From: Synechococcales cyanobacterium VAR_4_metabat_354
GTDB lineage: Bacteria > Cyanobacteriota > Cyanobacteriia > Cyanobacteriales > Chamaesiphonaceae
Reading direction: 5' to 3'
Assembly (NCBI GenBank): GCA_031414775.1
Contig: JANOQI010000042.1
Span: forward strand, 46,574 to 110,573
Length of the DNA: 64,000 nt
Shown here: in pieces, positions 29,389-39,019 of the stretch
Position numbering within the stretch: position 1 is the stretch's first letter
How the letters are laid out: every line of letters begins with the position of its first letter
Position numbers and translations under genes: made by a program
Notes under the pieces: generated by a model
Database searches by the model: none
The model's input: the letters and a program-made list of their open reading frames with translations, nothing else
What the model was told of the DNA's origin: nothing

Positions 29389-29739
29389 ATGAACCCGGCA
29401 GAAACGAAAGATCCCAGCGACAAAATGTTGGAAGCCATGCGCAAATTCTCGGAGACTTACGCCAAGAATACTGGCACCTATTTCTGTGCTGATCCTTCTG
29501 TCACCGCAGTGGTTATCAAAGGTTTAGCTCGCAACAAAGAAGAATTGGGAGCGCCCCTTTGTCCTTGTCGCCATTATGAAGACCCGGCAGCAGAAGTGAA
29601 AGCGGCTTTTTGGAACTGTCCTTGTGTGCCGATGCGAGAGCGCAAAGAGTGCCACTGTATGTTGTTCCTGACTCCTGAACAGGATTTTGTGGGTGACAAG
29701 CAAGAAATTTCGATGGCCGAAGTAAAAGAAACCATCTAA
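29389..29739 (+). CDS. ftrC: Ferredoxin-thioredoxin reductase catalytic subunit
   Basis: CPC...CPC...CHC motifs (LCPCRHY, WNCPCVPMRERKECHCMLF). Confidence 0.96.
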   Translation: MNPAETKDPSDKMLEAMRKFSETYAKNTGTYFCADPSVTAVVIKGLARNKEELGAPLCPCRHYEDPAAEVKAAFWNCPCVPMRERKECHCMLFLTPEQDFVGDKQEISMAEVKETI

Positions 29740-29744
29740 GAAAC

Positions 29745-30134
29745 ATGGCTGAATTTCCATCATCTGACTTGGCTTCAGCCATTGCCCAATTCAATCAGCA
29801 AGATTTTTATGCTTGTCACGATACCCTAGAAGCGATCTGGGTAGAAGCGCCTACCGATGAAAAAAAGTTTTATCAGGGGCTGCTGCAAGTGGCGGTAGCT
29901 TATTACCATTTGGGTAACAGTAATTGGCGAGGGGCAGTGGTTTTGTTAGGAGAAGGTCGGTTCCGGCTGTTGGCCTACGCCCCCAGCTATGCGGGGATTG
30001 ATGTGGGTCAACTGCGCCAAGATACTGAGGTTCTATTCAATGATTTACAAGCCATCGCACCAGAACAGATTGATACCTTAGTGGCAGAATTAGCCAGTCA
30101 GCAGCGTCCTTATCCCCAAATTCACTGGATCTAA
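29745..30134 (+). CDS. DUF309 domain protein
   Basis: FYACHDTLEAIW...FYQGLLQVAVA.YH. Confidence 0.88.
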   Translation: MAEFPSSDLASAIAQFNQQDFYACHDTLEAIWVEAPTDEKKFYQGLLQVAVAYYHLGNSNWRGAVVLLGEGRFRLLAYAPSYAGIDVGQLRQDTEVLFNDLQAIAPEQIDTLVAELASQQRPYPQIHWI

Positions 30135-30260
30135 CCCTGTATTCCAATATTTGCAATGTATTTAAACTGCTGAAACTTCCGTAAATTTGGCTCGTCATTG
30201 GATATTGAGAAATATTTTTGACGAGATAACGAGTAAGTTATCAGCATTCACCGAGGCTTT

Positions 30261-30959
30261 ATGTCATTTGTCCGATCGACTACTATTCAATGTGTTTTAG
30301 CACTGTCTTTATGGGGTAGTTGTTTGGTGGCCGGGGTGCCAGCCCAGAGTGCTGATCAAGGAATTCGGATCAAGGCAGTCCGCCAAGCCGCTAATTCTAA
30401 AACACAGGTAGTGACGGCCAATGATAACGTCCAAATTTCTTATCCTGCTCGGCAGCTGCGGGCGCGGGCAGATGTGGCGCAGTACTATATTAAAGAGCAG
30501 CGTTTGGTGATGACTGGTAATGTTTTTGTAACGCAGCAGGGCAATAGTTTGCAAGGAGAAACTATTACTTACTCGATTCGTAGCGGTCAATTTTTGGTGG
30601 TGCCCAAACCGGGCAAGTTGGTAGAATCTGTCTATAATGTGGCGGAAAGTGGCAAGGGACGGCAGGATGTGATCATTCGATCGGATCGCCAAGAAGCCAA
30701 TTCCAAAACGCAGGTAGTCATTGCTCGCGACAATGTGCAAATTTCTTATCCAGCGCAGCGGCTCCGCGCCAAAGCGCGACTTGCTCAGTTCTATGCCAAA
30801 GAGCAAAAACTGGTTTTGAGCGGTAATGTGGTAGCGATTCAGCAAGGCAATAGTATTCAAGGGGAAGTGTTAACTTACTCCATTAAGCAGGGGCAATTTG
30901 TTGCCCGACCCAAGAGTGGTGGCGTGGTTGACTCTATTTACGTTGTCCCAGAAAAATAA
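30261..30959 (+). CDS. lptA: LptA/OstA family protein with two tandem OstA domains
   Basis: Signal peptide; two similar ~95-aa units; directly upstream of lptB. Confidence 0.82.
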   Translation: MSFVRSTTIQCVLALSLWGSCLVAGVPAQSADQGIRIKAVRQAANSKTQVVTANDNVQISYPARQLRARADVAQYYIKEQRLVMTGNVFVTQQGNSLQGETITYSIRSGQFLVVPKPGKLVESVYNVAESGKGRQDVIIRSDRQEANSKTQVVIARDNVQISYPAQRLRAKARLAQFYAKEQKLVLSGNVVAIQQGNSIQGEVLTYSIKQGQFVARPKSGGVVDSIYVVPEK

Positions 30960-30970
30960 CTGAGATTGTA

Positions 30971-31699
30971 GTGAAAATAGTCCTAGATAATGTCCAAAAA
31001 ACCTACGGTAAAAGGCAGGTAGTCAAAAGAGCCAGTTTGTCGGTCAGTCAAGGTGAAGTTGTTGGTTTGCTAGGACCCAATGGTGCTGGTAAAACTACAA
31101 CTTTTTATATGGCCGTCGGCTTAGAAAAGCCTACTAACGGGACAGTATGGTTAGACGATCGAGATGTTACCAAGCTTTCGATTCATGAACGTGCCCGGTT
31201 GGGAATTGGGTACTTGGCACAAGAAGCCAGTATTTTCCGGCAGCTGACCGTGGCCGATAATATTTTGCTGGTGATGGAGCAAACCGGGATTCCCCGGCGG
31301 GAATGGCGGCAGCGTCTGACTAAATTGATCGATGAATTTCGGCTCCAGCAAGTGGCTCACACCCTGGGTGGCCAGGTCTCTGGGGGGGAGCGGCGGCGGA
31401 CGGAGCTAGCACGGGCATTGGCTGCTGGCCGTGATGGCCCTAAATTTCTGCTGTTGGATGAACCCTTTGCCGGAGTCGATCCGATCGCCGTGGCTGAGAT
31501 TCAAAAAATTATTGGCGGTTTAACCAAGCGTAATATGGGCATTCTAATCACGGATCACAATGTGCGGGAAACTCTGGCGATTACCGACCGGGCTTATATC
31601 ATGCGTGATGGCGAAGTATTGGCTTCGGGCACCACTGAAGAAATGTATAGCAATCCATTGGTACGAAAATATTATCTGGGCAATGAGTTCCAGCTGTGA
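30971..31699 (+). CDS. lptB: LPS export ABC transporter ATPase
   Basis: GPNGAGKTT, YLAQEASIF, SGGERRR, DEPFAGVDP, ITDHNVRE. Confidence 0.95.
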   Translation: MKIVLDNVQKTYGKRQVVKRASLSVSQGEVVGLLGPNGAGKTTTFYMAVGLEKPTNGTVWLDDRDVTKLSIHERARLGIGYLAQEASIFRQLTVADNILLVMEQTGIPRREWRQRLTKLIDEFRLQQVAHTLGGQVSGGERRRTELARALAAGRDGPKFLLLDEPFAGVDPIAVAEIQKIIGGLTKRNMGILITDHNVRETLAITDRAYIMRDGEVLASGTTEEMYSNPLVRKYYLGNEFQL

Positions 31700-32865
31700 T
31701 TATGGTCAAGAAATTTAATTTATTTAATTCATTGTTCCTAAATGTGTCGGTCATGGACCGCTATATTTTTATCCAGCTGTTGTTGCCATTTCTCTTTGGG
31801 GTGGGGGCATTTTCTTCGATCGCCACTTCGATCGGCAGTGTTTTTGATCTGATTCGGCAAGTCACCCAATTTGGTCTGCCCCTAGCCACCGCTGTCAAAG
31901 TGCTGCTGTTGACGATGCCCGAATTTCTGGTCTATTCTTTTCCGATGTCGATGTTACTCGCCACCATGATGACCTTTGGACGGTTGTCTGGAGACAGTGA
32001 AATTATTGCGATGCGCAGTGCCGGGGTGAGTGTCTATCGACTGATTGTGCCCGCGATCGCCCTCAGCTTTATGATCACAGGACTGACCTTTTTGCTGCAA
32101 GAATCCCTAGTCCCAGCGGCCAAAGTTGAGGCGGCAGCTACTTTAGCTCAGGCATTGAAACAAGATAAACCAGCTTTTAAACAAGAAAATATTATTTATC
32201 CAGATTATGCCGATGAAACTGGTGCCGATGGCCAGAAAACCCGGAACTTGGTGCGGCTGTTCTACGCCCGGCAGTTTAATGGCAAAGAAATGACGGATGT
32301 CATGGTGATTGACCGGTCGCGTAGTGATGTCAGTCAAATTATTAATGCCAAGTCTGGTCAAATGAATTTGGGCGAAAAAACTTGGGACTTTGCTAACGGC
32401 ACCATCTATGTAGTCGATCCGAAGTCGGCGAACTCGACGAAGAGCCAGTTCGAACACTTGAATGTTTATTTAGGTAAAACCCCCCTGGATTTGGCGGCAC
32501 CCGATCGCAAGCCGGAGGATATGAATATTGCCGAAAAGATTAAGTATCTAGATGTCTTGCGATCGAAAGCCGACTGGAAAGCCTTGAATACTTTCCAAAT
32601 CAATATTCAGCAAAAGCTAGCCCTGCCATTTGTTTGTTTAATTTTTGCTCTAATTGGTTCAGCAGTGGGTATCAGGCCGCAGCGCGGTGGCAAAGCGACT
32701 AGCTTTGGGGTGAGCTTACTCCTGATTTTTGGTTATTACCTAATTCTGACGGTGATGGGGGGGATGGGAGAGGCTGGTTATTTATCGCCCTTTTTTGCTG
32801 GCTGGATACCCAACATCCTGGGAGTTGGGGTTGGTATTTATCTGCTAACGAAAACGGCTCGCTAA
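31696..32865 (+). CDS. LptF/LptG family permease
   Basis: MDRYI, P.S.LLA....GRLS.DSEIIAMRSAGVS, W.PN; follows lptB. Confidence 0.9.
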   Translation: MIMVKKFNLFNSLFLNVSVMDRYIFIQLLLPFLFGVGAFSSIATSIGSVFDLIRQVTQFGLPLATAVKVLLLTMPEFLVYSFPMSMLLATMMTFGRLSGDSEIIAMRSAGVSVYRLIVPAIALSFMITGLTFLLQESLVPAAKVEAAATLAQALKQDKPAFKQENIIYPDYADETGADGQKTRNLVRLFYARQFNGKEMTDVMVIDRSRSDVSQIINAKSGQMNLGEKTWDFANGTIYVVDPKSANSTKSQFEHLNVYLGKTPLDLAAPDRKPEDMNIAEKIKYLDVLRSKADWKALNTFQINIQQKLALPFVCLIFALIGSAVGIRPQRGGKATSFGVSLLLIFGYYLILTVMGGMGEAGYLSPFFAGWIPNILGVGVGIYLLTKTAR

Positions 32866-32913
32866 AACGTCCGAGGGCTATTTTGTACTACATTAACTAT
32901 AAGTACTATTAAA

Positions 32914-33891
32914 TCACAGATCTATTTCAGTACTTTTTACTATATTCATACCCGCTGCGGCGAACCTGTCGTAAGCGGCATTGGCTGCTTCTGTATAGTC
33001 CACCACGCCTGCTACTACCACCGGAGAGGTGCAGTCTGATAGCAAATAAACCTTGCTGGCTAGACTAGGATCAATTTTTTGAATGGCAATGAGTAAATCT
33101 GCCACTGTCCAGGCCACACAGTGGCTCTGGGCTTGTCCCGCAATTAAAAGTTTATCGAATTTTAAGAGGCATTCGATTAATTCATCATTCTGGCGACCAA
33201 TTACTTGACCTTTCAGATCTGTAGTGACTTCGGGGGCGATGGCCGAATAGTTTTCGGTAAGTGGAGAGTCGCCCTTGGTAATAATTTGGGGCTGGGCACT
33301 CCGGGCGATCGAATGGAAAAAAATGGCTGCTTCGACTGCGGGTACCAAGGCATGACCAATGCCACCCAACATGGCGTGATATGGCCAAATGGTCAGGGGA
33401 TATTTGCCGGCCAGTGCCAGCTGTTGCACATAATATAAGGCGTAGGCTGACAGCTGTGGCTGACTCGGTAGCCACTCACCAGTTTGCACTGCCGCTGGTT
33501 GAATAATGGTCAGCGGAGCCGGGTGCTCCCCAGCCGGATTAATCCAAAATAGGGGATGGAAAATCTGCATGGCCTGGTGGGTGTCCAGAGTTGCGATGAT
33601 CTGGGTGAGGTTGCCCAGCTGTCGGTAAATAAATTCACAGAGCCGAATGTTGTCATCGATCGATCCTCGCCCACTACGACCACCCACAAATAGCTCGAAA
33701 TCTGGCTGACAAAAAGTATTTTGGACATCAATCAACAGCAATGCTACCTGCTGCTGATCTTGAACGGTAGCAGTGATCTGATGTTGCTGTGCCCACTGGC
33801 TGGCGGTCTGAGCTAATTCTTGATAAGGCACTCGCCAGATACGGCTCACACTATCAGCCGTGAAATGTTGGGGTAAGGGTAAGGTGGCCAT
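32914..33891 (-). CDS. Isochorismatase/nicotinamidase-like cysteine hydrolase
   Basis: LLLIDVQNTFC, DTH, WPYH, K, AGQAQSHCV. Confidence 0.85.
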   Translation of the reverse strand: MATLPLPQHFTADSVSRIWRVPYQELAQTASQWAQQHQITATVQDQQQVALLLIDVQNTFCQPDFELFVGGRSGRGSIDDNIRLCEFIYRQLGNLTQIIATLDTHQAMQIFHPLFWINPAGEHPAPLTIIQPAAVQTGEWLPSQPQLSAYALYYVQQLALAGKYPLTIWPYHAMLGGIGHALVPAVEAAIFFHSIARSAQPQIITKGDSPLTENYSAIAPEVTTDLKGQVIGRQNDELIECLLKFDKLLIAGQAQSHCVAWTVADLLIAIQKIDPSLASKVYLLSDCTSPVVVAGVVDYTEAANAAYDRFAAAGMNIVKSTEIDL

Positions 33892-33945
33892 TTTGGTCTA
33901 ATATCGAGTAAGTGGCTCTTTAATTATAGTTTTATTTACCATAAT

Positions 33946-33999
33946 TGCAATTGTTTACTAAAAATACGGCTCTGAAAAGCTTTTTAGTAAACAATTGCA
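33946..33999. repeat. Perfect 19-bp inverted repeat
   Basis: TGCAATTGTTTACTAAAAA, 16-nt spacer, TTTTTAGTAAACAATTGCA. Confidence 0.85.
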
Positions 34000-34208
34000 G
34001 TTGAGTACTACGCTATTTTGCTGATCTCTGGTTACAATTAGACAAGGCAACAGTGAAAACAATGCTCCATCTTGTAGTGCAATATTATTAGGGTTTGGAT
34101 AAACTGCTGCTACTTTGAACTTCTGAGCGTATGCAATGCTAACAATTTGGGTGTGTTAGACAGGCATAAGTCTTTCATAATCAAATAGATTTAGGTGCTA
34201 GAGGAAGT

Positions 34209-35540
34209 ATGACAATGACCAAAAATCGCAATTTAGCCCTGGGAGCCAGCCTCATACTGCTCGCTGGTGCTGCATTGGCTATTAGTGGCAACCATCTGTC
34301 AAAGAGCATGACATTGTTGTCAACTAATCCTAAGGAAGTGGTGGAAGAAGTTTGGCAAATCGTTAACTACAGCTATGTCGATGGCACTTTCAATAAAAAA
34401 GATTGGAATGCGATCCGTAAGAAATATGTAATTAATGCCAATTACAAAACTGATACGGAAGCTCACCAAGCTGTGCGGCAGATGCTGCAAGAGCTAGACG
34501 ATCCATACACGCGGTTTATGGATAAAAAAGACTTTACTGAAATGCAGTCGGACAACTCTGGCAAGCTGTTAGGAGTGGGCCTTCAGCTGACTCAGGATGA
34601 AAAGACTAAGCAAATTGTGGTAGTCGCTCCGATCGATGATACTCCTGCCGCTAAGGCTGGCATTATTGCCAAAGATGTGATCATTAAAATTGATGGCAAA
34701 AGTACTCAAGGTCTGGATTTAAATCAAGCTGTTCAGTTGATGCGAGGTGAAGAAGGGACTGTGGTATCACTAACAGTTCAGCATGGCGATCAGATCGTTG
34801 AACACAAGCTACGACGACAGCAAATTGAGCTGCACCGTGTCAAGGCCGAATATCGACCCCATGAGCTGGGTGGTGTGGGCTATATTCGCCTTAACCAGTT
34901 CAGTGCCAATGCGACCGAAGAGATGCGGACAGCCATCAAACAGATGGAATCCCAGAAAGTCAGCGGCTATGTGCTAGATTTGCGATCGAACCCTGGTGGT
35001 TTGCTGTATGGTGCGATCGACATTGCCAAAATGTGGCTGAATAAAGGTACGATCGTCTCCACCCGCAATCGCATTGGTGGTTGCGATGATCGCAGTACCG
35101 ATTGCAAACAAAGTGCTGATGGCACCGCGCTTACCAACAAGCCGTTAGTTGTCTTAGTGGATGGCGGTTCCGCTAGTGCTAGCGAAATTTTATCGGGAGC
35201 CTTGCAAGATAACAAACGAGCACAACTAATTGGGAGCAAGACTTTTGGTAAAGGCTTAGTCCAGTCGGTACGCCCGCTCCATGATGGTTCGGGCTTGGCC
35301 GTTACCACGGCTAAATACTTTACCCCCAGCGGCAAAGATATTAACAAGCAAGGTATTAAGCCGGATGTAGATATTGATCTGAGTAAAGAGGATATTCGAT
35401 TGCTGATGCAAGAGCGGCAGCGAGTCGCGACCAAAGATGATCCGCAGTATGCCCAGGCTTTGATCACTCTGCAAAGTCAGATTGCGGCTCAAAATGCTGC
35501 TCCAACAGCGATCGCGAAACCTACTACTACTATTAATTAG
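34209..35540 (+). CDS. Carboxyl-terminal processing protease (S41A, PDZ), copy 1
   Basis: DPYTRF, GVG, PDZ, GYIRL.QF, LDLR.NPGG, SASASE, TFGKG. Confidence 0.92.
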   Translation: MTMTKNRNLALGASLILLAGAALAISGNHLSKSMTLLSTNPKEVVEEVWQIVNYSYVDGTFNKKDWNAIRKKYVINANYKTDTEAHQAVRQMLQELDDPYTRFMDKKDFTEMQSDNSGKLLGVGLQLTQDEKTKQIVVVAPIDDTPAAKAGIIAKDVIIKIDGKSTQGLDLNQAVQLMRGEEGTVVSLTVQHGDQIVEHKLRRQQIELHRVKAEYRPHELGGVGYIRLNQFSANATEEMRTAIKQMESQKVSGYVLDLRSNPGGLLYGAIDIAKMWLNKGTIVSTRNRIGGCDDRSTDCKQSADGTALTNKPLVVLVDGGSASASEILSGALQDNKRAQLIGSKTFGKGLVQSVRPLHDGSGLAVTTAKYFTPSGKDINKQGIKPDVDIDLSKEDIRLLMQERQRVATKDDPQYAQALITLQSQIAAQNAAPTAIAKPTTTIN

Positions 35541-35737
35541 CTGGATGGCGGTGCGCAGCTTTTGCTGAATATTGGCAGAGTTTGGCTATGAGATGGCACT
35601 TTTGTGGGAAAACTTGGTCATAATATTAATTACAACTTGATTTCAAGACCGGCAAGAACTACTCATGACCTAATTTGAGTATGTTAATCTGGGCGTAGGC
35701 TTTCGCGACTAACTTACATTTGGGTAATAGAAAAAGC

Positions 35738-37114
35738 ATGATGACGATCAACAAGCGTAACTTAGCCATTGGTGCAACTACCATGCTCCTCGCTGCTACT
35801 GCCGTACTAGTTAGTGGTAGCCACTTGTCTAAAAGTGTGGCCTTGCTGAAAGCAAACCCCAAAGAAGTGGTCGAAGAAGTTTGGCAAATCGTAAATTTCA
35901 GCTATGTTGATGGTACTTTCAATAAAAAAGATTGGAATGCGATCCGCAAGAAGTATGTAACTAAAGCTAATTACAAAACTGATGCTGAGGCTTATAAAGG
36001 TGTGCGGGAAATGCTCAAAAATCTGGGCGATCCCTATACGCAGTTCTTAGATAAGAAAGAATATAAAGACATGCAGCTAGACACGGCTGGCAATCTGATT
36101 GGTGTTGGGATCCAGCTGACTCAAGATCCCAAGACGAAACAATTAGTGGTGGTTTCGCCGATCGAAGATACCCCGGCGGCTAAGGCTGGCATTATTTCTA
36201 AAGATGTGATCATCAAGATTGATGATAAAAGTACCAAGGGCATGGATGTGAATAAGGCGGTCTCGCTGATTCGGGGGCCGGAGAACACCTCCGTGGTTTT
36301 GACCATTAAACAAGGTAATCAGACGATTCGGCATAAATTGCTCCGCCAAAAAATTGAAATTCATCCAGTGAAGGCTGAGTACCGACCCAATGATTTGGGC
36401 GGTGTTGGTTATATTCGGCTCAACCAGTTTAGTGCTAATGCTTCTGATGAGATGAGTGCTGCAATTAGGAAGATGGAAGCCAAGAAGGTTAATGGCTATG
36501 TCCTGGACTTGCGAGGTAATCCGGGTGGATTGTTGTATGGGGCGATCGATATTGCGAAGATGTGGCTGAATGAAGGTACGATCGTCTCCACCCGTAATCG
36601 CAGTGGTGGTTGTGATGGTCGGACTGCTAATTGTAAGCAAGTAGCCGATGGTTCAGCGCTAACTGATAAACCGTTGGTGGTGTTGGTGGATGGTGGTTCC
36701 GCTAGTGCTAGCGAAATTTTATCGGGGGCCTTGCAAGATAACAAGCGCGCCCAGTTAGTTGGGAGCAAAACCTTTGGTAAAGGCTTGGTTCAGGCTGTCC
36801 GGCCACTGCGTGATGGTTCCGGTTTGAAGGTGACGATCGCTAAGTACTTTACACCAAGCGGTAAAGATATTAATAAACTCGGTATTAAACCGGATGTGAA
36901 TGTCCCCCTCAGCAAGAAAGATATTAAAGCATTGATGCAAGACCGTAAGCGGTTAGCGACTAAACAGGATCCGCAGTATGCCAAAGCGCTAGTGGCGTTG
37001 CAAGGTCAAATTGCTAATCGGGTGGCCAAGCCCACTGCTGTGGTACCTGAGCCTCAATCTACTGCTGCGGTGTCTCAGCCCCAAGCGACGGTTGTTGTGC
37101 CTGCGGTTCAATAG
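35738..37114 (+). CDS. Carboxyl-terminal processing protease (S41A, PDZ), copy 2
   Basis: Same motifs, collinear paralogue of 34209-35540; start set at ATG 35738. Confidence 0.92.
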   Translation: MMTINKRNLAIGATTMLLAATAVLVSGSHLSKSVALLKANPKEVVEEVWQIVNFSYVDGTFNKKDWNAIRKKYVTKANYKTDAEAYKGVREMLKNLGDPYTQFLDKKEYKDMQLDTAGNLIGVGIQLTQDPKTKQLVVVSPIEDTPAAKAGIISKDVIIKIDDKSTKGMDVNKAVSLIRGPENTSVVLTIKQGNQTIRHKLLRQKIEIHPVKAEYRPNDLGGVGYIRLNQFSANASDEMSAAIRKMEAKKVNGYVLDLRGNPGGLLYGAIDIAKMWLNEGTIVSTRNRSGGCDGRTANCKQVADGSALTDKPLVVLVDGGSASASEILSGALQDNKRAQLVGSKTFGKGLVQAVRPLRDGSGLKVTIAKYFTPSGKDINKLGIKPDVNVPLSKKDIKALMQDRKRLATKQDPQYAKALVALQGQIANRVAKPTAVVPEPQSTAAVSQPQATVVVPAVQ

Positions 37115-37307
37115 CTGCTCGATACTAGTTTCTGTTTTCAGTAGTCGATGGTGATGTTGTATTCCTCTGTTGGTGATTTTACTAATAGGGGACTTTGTCA
37201 GAAATGAATTTATTAGAGGCGCAGCAGCTTTTTGTAATTCTCTTTGTAGGGAGGAATTATAATAGCTGAGAGCGCTGGTCTACCAAATTCATCCAGATAT
37301 CAACAAA

Positions 37308-38102
37308 ATGATAGAACTATACCAATTTGAACTTTCGCAGTTTTCGGAAAAAGTGCGACTGATCCTAGATTTCAAAGGCTTAGAGTACAAGAAAATTGAA
37401 GTGGTACCCGGAGTTGGCCAACTAGAAATCTTTGGGTTATCTGGTCAAAGGCAGGTGCCGGTCATTAAAGATGGCAATATGGTGGTGGCTGATTCCACTG
37501 CAATCGCCATGTACCTAGAAAAAACCTATCCCGATCGCCATTTGATTCCCACGAATGCTCAGTCTAAAGCTCTGTGTATGATTATTGAAGAATGGGCGGA
37601 TGAGTCGATCGGAACCAAAGGCCGGAAGTCTTTGTTTGGAGCCTTAAAGAATCATAATCTGCGCTCTTCGATGTTACCCAATGGCACACCAGAACTGTTT
37701 CGTAGTTTGGTGAATGGGATTCCTAATGAGCTGATTGATGCGGTAGGATTCGGAGTGGGGTTGAATCCTACTGTACTGAAAGAAGTTCAGGATTCTTTGC
37801 ATCGAGATTTGGAGTCAATTTGTTTACTGTTACAGCAGCATCCTTACCTATTGGGGGATAAGCCGACTTTAGCTGATTTGACGGTGGCGGCGCTGAGTCT
37901 GGTGATCAAAATTCCGGATGGACCTTATCTGAATATTCCGAGCAATTTAAAGGGCAAGGGCATTCCGGGTTTTGCGGATAATCCGGCCTATGAGATATTT
38001 TTTGCTTGGCGCGATCGGCTTTATGCTGAATATCGTAAGCCGCATGTGGATAACAATTTTCCACCGACGGCTAGTGCCCCGACTACTATTGCGATCGATT
38101 AG
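37308..38102 (+). CDS. Glutathione S-transferase family protein
   Basis: SQFSEKVRL, QVPV, DSTAIA.YL, PTLADL. Confidence 0.88.
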   Translation: MIELYQFELSQFSEKVRLILDFKGLEYKKIEVVPGVGQLEIFGLSGQRQVPVIKDGNMVVADSTAIAMYLEKTYPDRHLIPTNAQSKALCMIIEEWADESIGTKGRKSLFGALKNHNLRSSMLPNGTPELFRSLVNGIPNELIDAVGFGVGLNPTVLKEVQDSLHRDLESICLLLQQHPYLLGDKPTLADLTVAALSLVIKIPDGPYLNIPSNLKGKGIPGFADNPAYEIFFAWRDRLYAEYRKPHVDNNFPPTASAPTTIAID

Positions 38103-38130
38103 ACCATAATTGTGAGTTTCTGGAATTATT

Positions 38131-38150
38131 AGGGTGGGCACTGCCCACCA
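38131..38150. repeat. REP-like short palindrome
   Basis: TAGGGTGGGCACTGCCCACC, with a GGTGGGCA/TGCCCACC stem after a TAGG tag. Confidence 0.55.
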
Positions 38151-38173
38151 TCTAGTTTTTAGGGGATTCTTAT

Positions 38174-38665
38174 ATGGATTACACTGTGCGAACTTTGACC
38201 GTTGCCGATGAGCTGATCGTCTGGACAATGTTGATGCACGCTGCCCATGAAACCTCGCTGGAATCTGTTCAAAATCAGTCTCTCCTTTCCCGCTACGCTG
38301 ATGGTTGGGGTAGAGCCGGTGATATTGGTTGGGGAGCTTTTGCTGGTAAAGTGTCGATCGGAGCTGCTTGGTTGCGGTTATGGTCGGGCGACCACCAAGG
38401 ATTTGGCTATATTGACCCCACAATTCCAGAACTCGCGATCGCAGTATTGCCGGAGTATCGCGGTCATGGGGTGGGGAGTGCTCTACTCGTAAAGATTTTG
38501 GCGACTGCTCCGAGTTTATTTCCGGCAGTGTCTTTGAGTGTGCGGTCTGATAATCCAGTTCTAGGGTTGTATCAGCGATTGGGGTTTATCAAGGTGACTG
38601 GCAGTGAAGTGGTGAATCGGGTTGGTAACATTTCTTTTAGTATGCTGTGCGAGTTTAAAAATTGA
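38174..38665 (+). CDS. GNAT acetyltransferase
   Basis: IAVLPEYRGHGVGSALL, NP...LYQRLGF. Confidence 0.9.
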   Translation: MDYTVRTLTVADELIVWTMLMHAAHETSLESVQNQSLLSRYADGWGRAGDIGWGAFAGKVSIGAAWLRLWSGDHQGFGYIDPTIPELAIAVLPEYRGHGVGSALLVKILATAPSLFPAVSLSVRSDNPVLGLYQRLGFIKVTGSEVVNRVGNISFSMLCEFKN

Positions 38666-38697
38666 TTACTTGTTCGATCGCCATGCTAACTGAAAAG

Positions 38698-38853
38698 TTA
38701 ATAATCACTGTCAGCAACACAAATCCCCTTACAACTAATCCCATTGGTTTTTGTGCGCTGGCAATGAGGGCATAAGATTTTTTCGGTTTCTGTTATTTGT
38801 TGATACATGATTTCTGGCAGCGGTTCTGGTTCGGTTTGGTGCTTTAAAGTCAT
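38698..38853 (-). CDS. 51-aa Cys-rich small protein (not in ORF track)
   Basis: MTLKHQTEPEPLPEIMYQQITETEKILCPHCQRTKTNGISCKGICVADSDY; CxxC-x9-CxxxC. Confidence 0.7.
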   Translation of the reverse strand: MTLKHQTEPEPLPEIMYQQITETEKILCPHCQRTKTNGISCKGICVADSDY

Positions 38854-39019
38854 AAAGGCGAAAAAATTGCTTGGGGCTTGTATTATGTATTTTACCTGTT
38901 TAACTCAGCGGGGATATGCTTAATCGATCTCAGCATGATCAAGATGACCCAAGATTGCCTGTCGATTTGCTAGTCTTGGCTGGGTATGCTATCAGGCAGT
39001 AGTTAGGATAAAAATCACT

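Noticed and set aside
30309..30860. 183-aa minus-strand ORF
   Set aside because: Shadow of lptA; no recognisable motif
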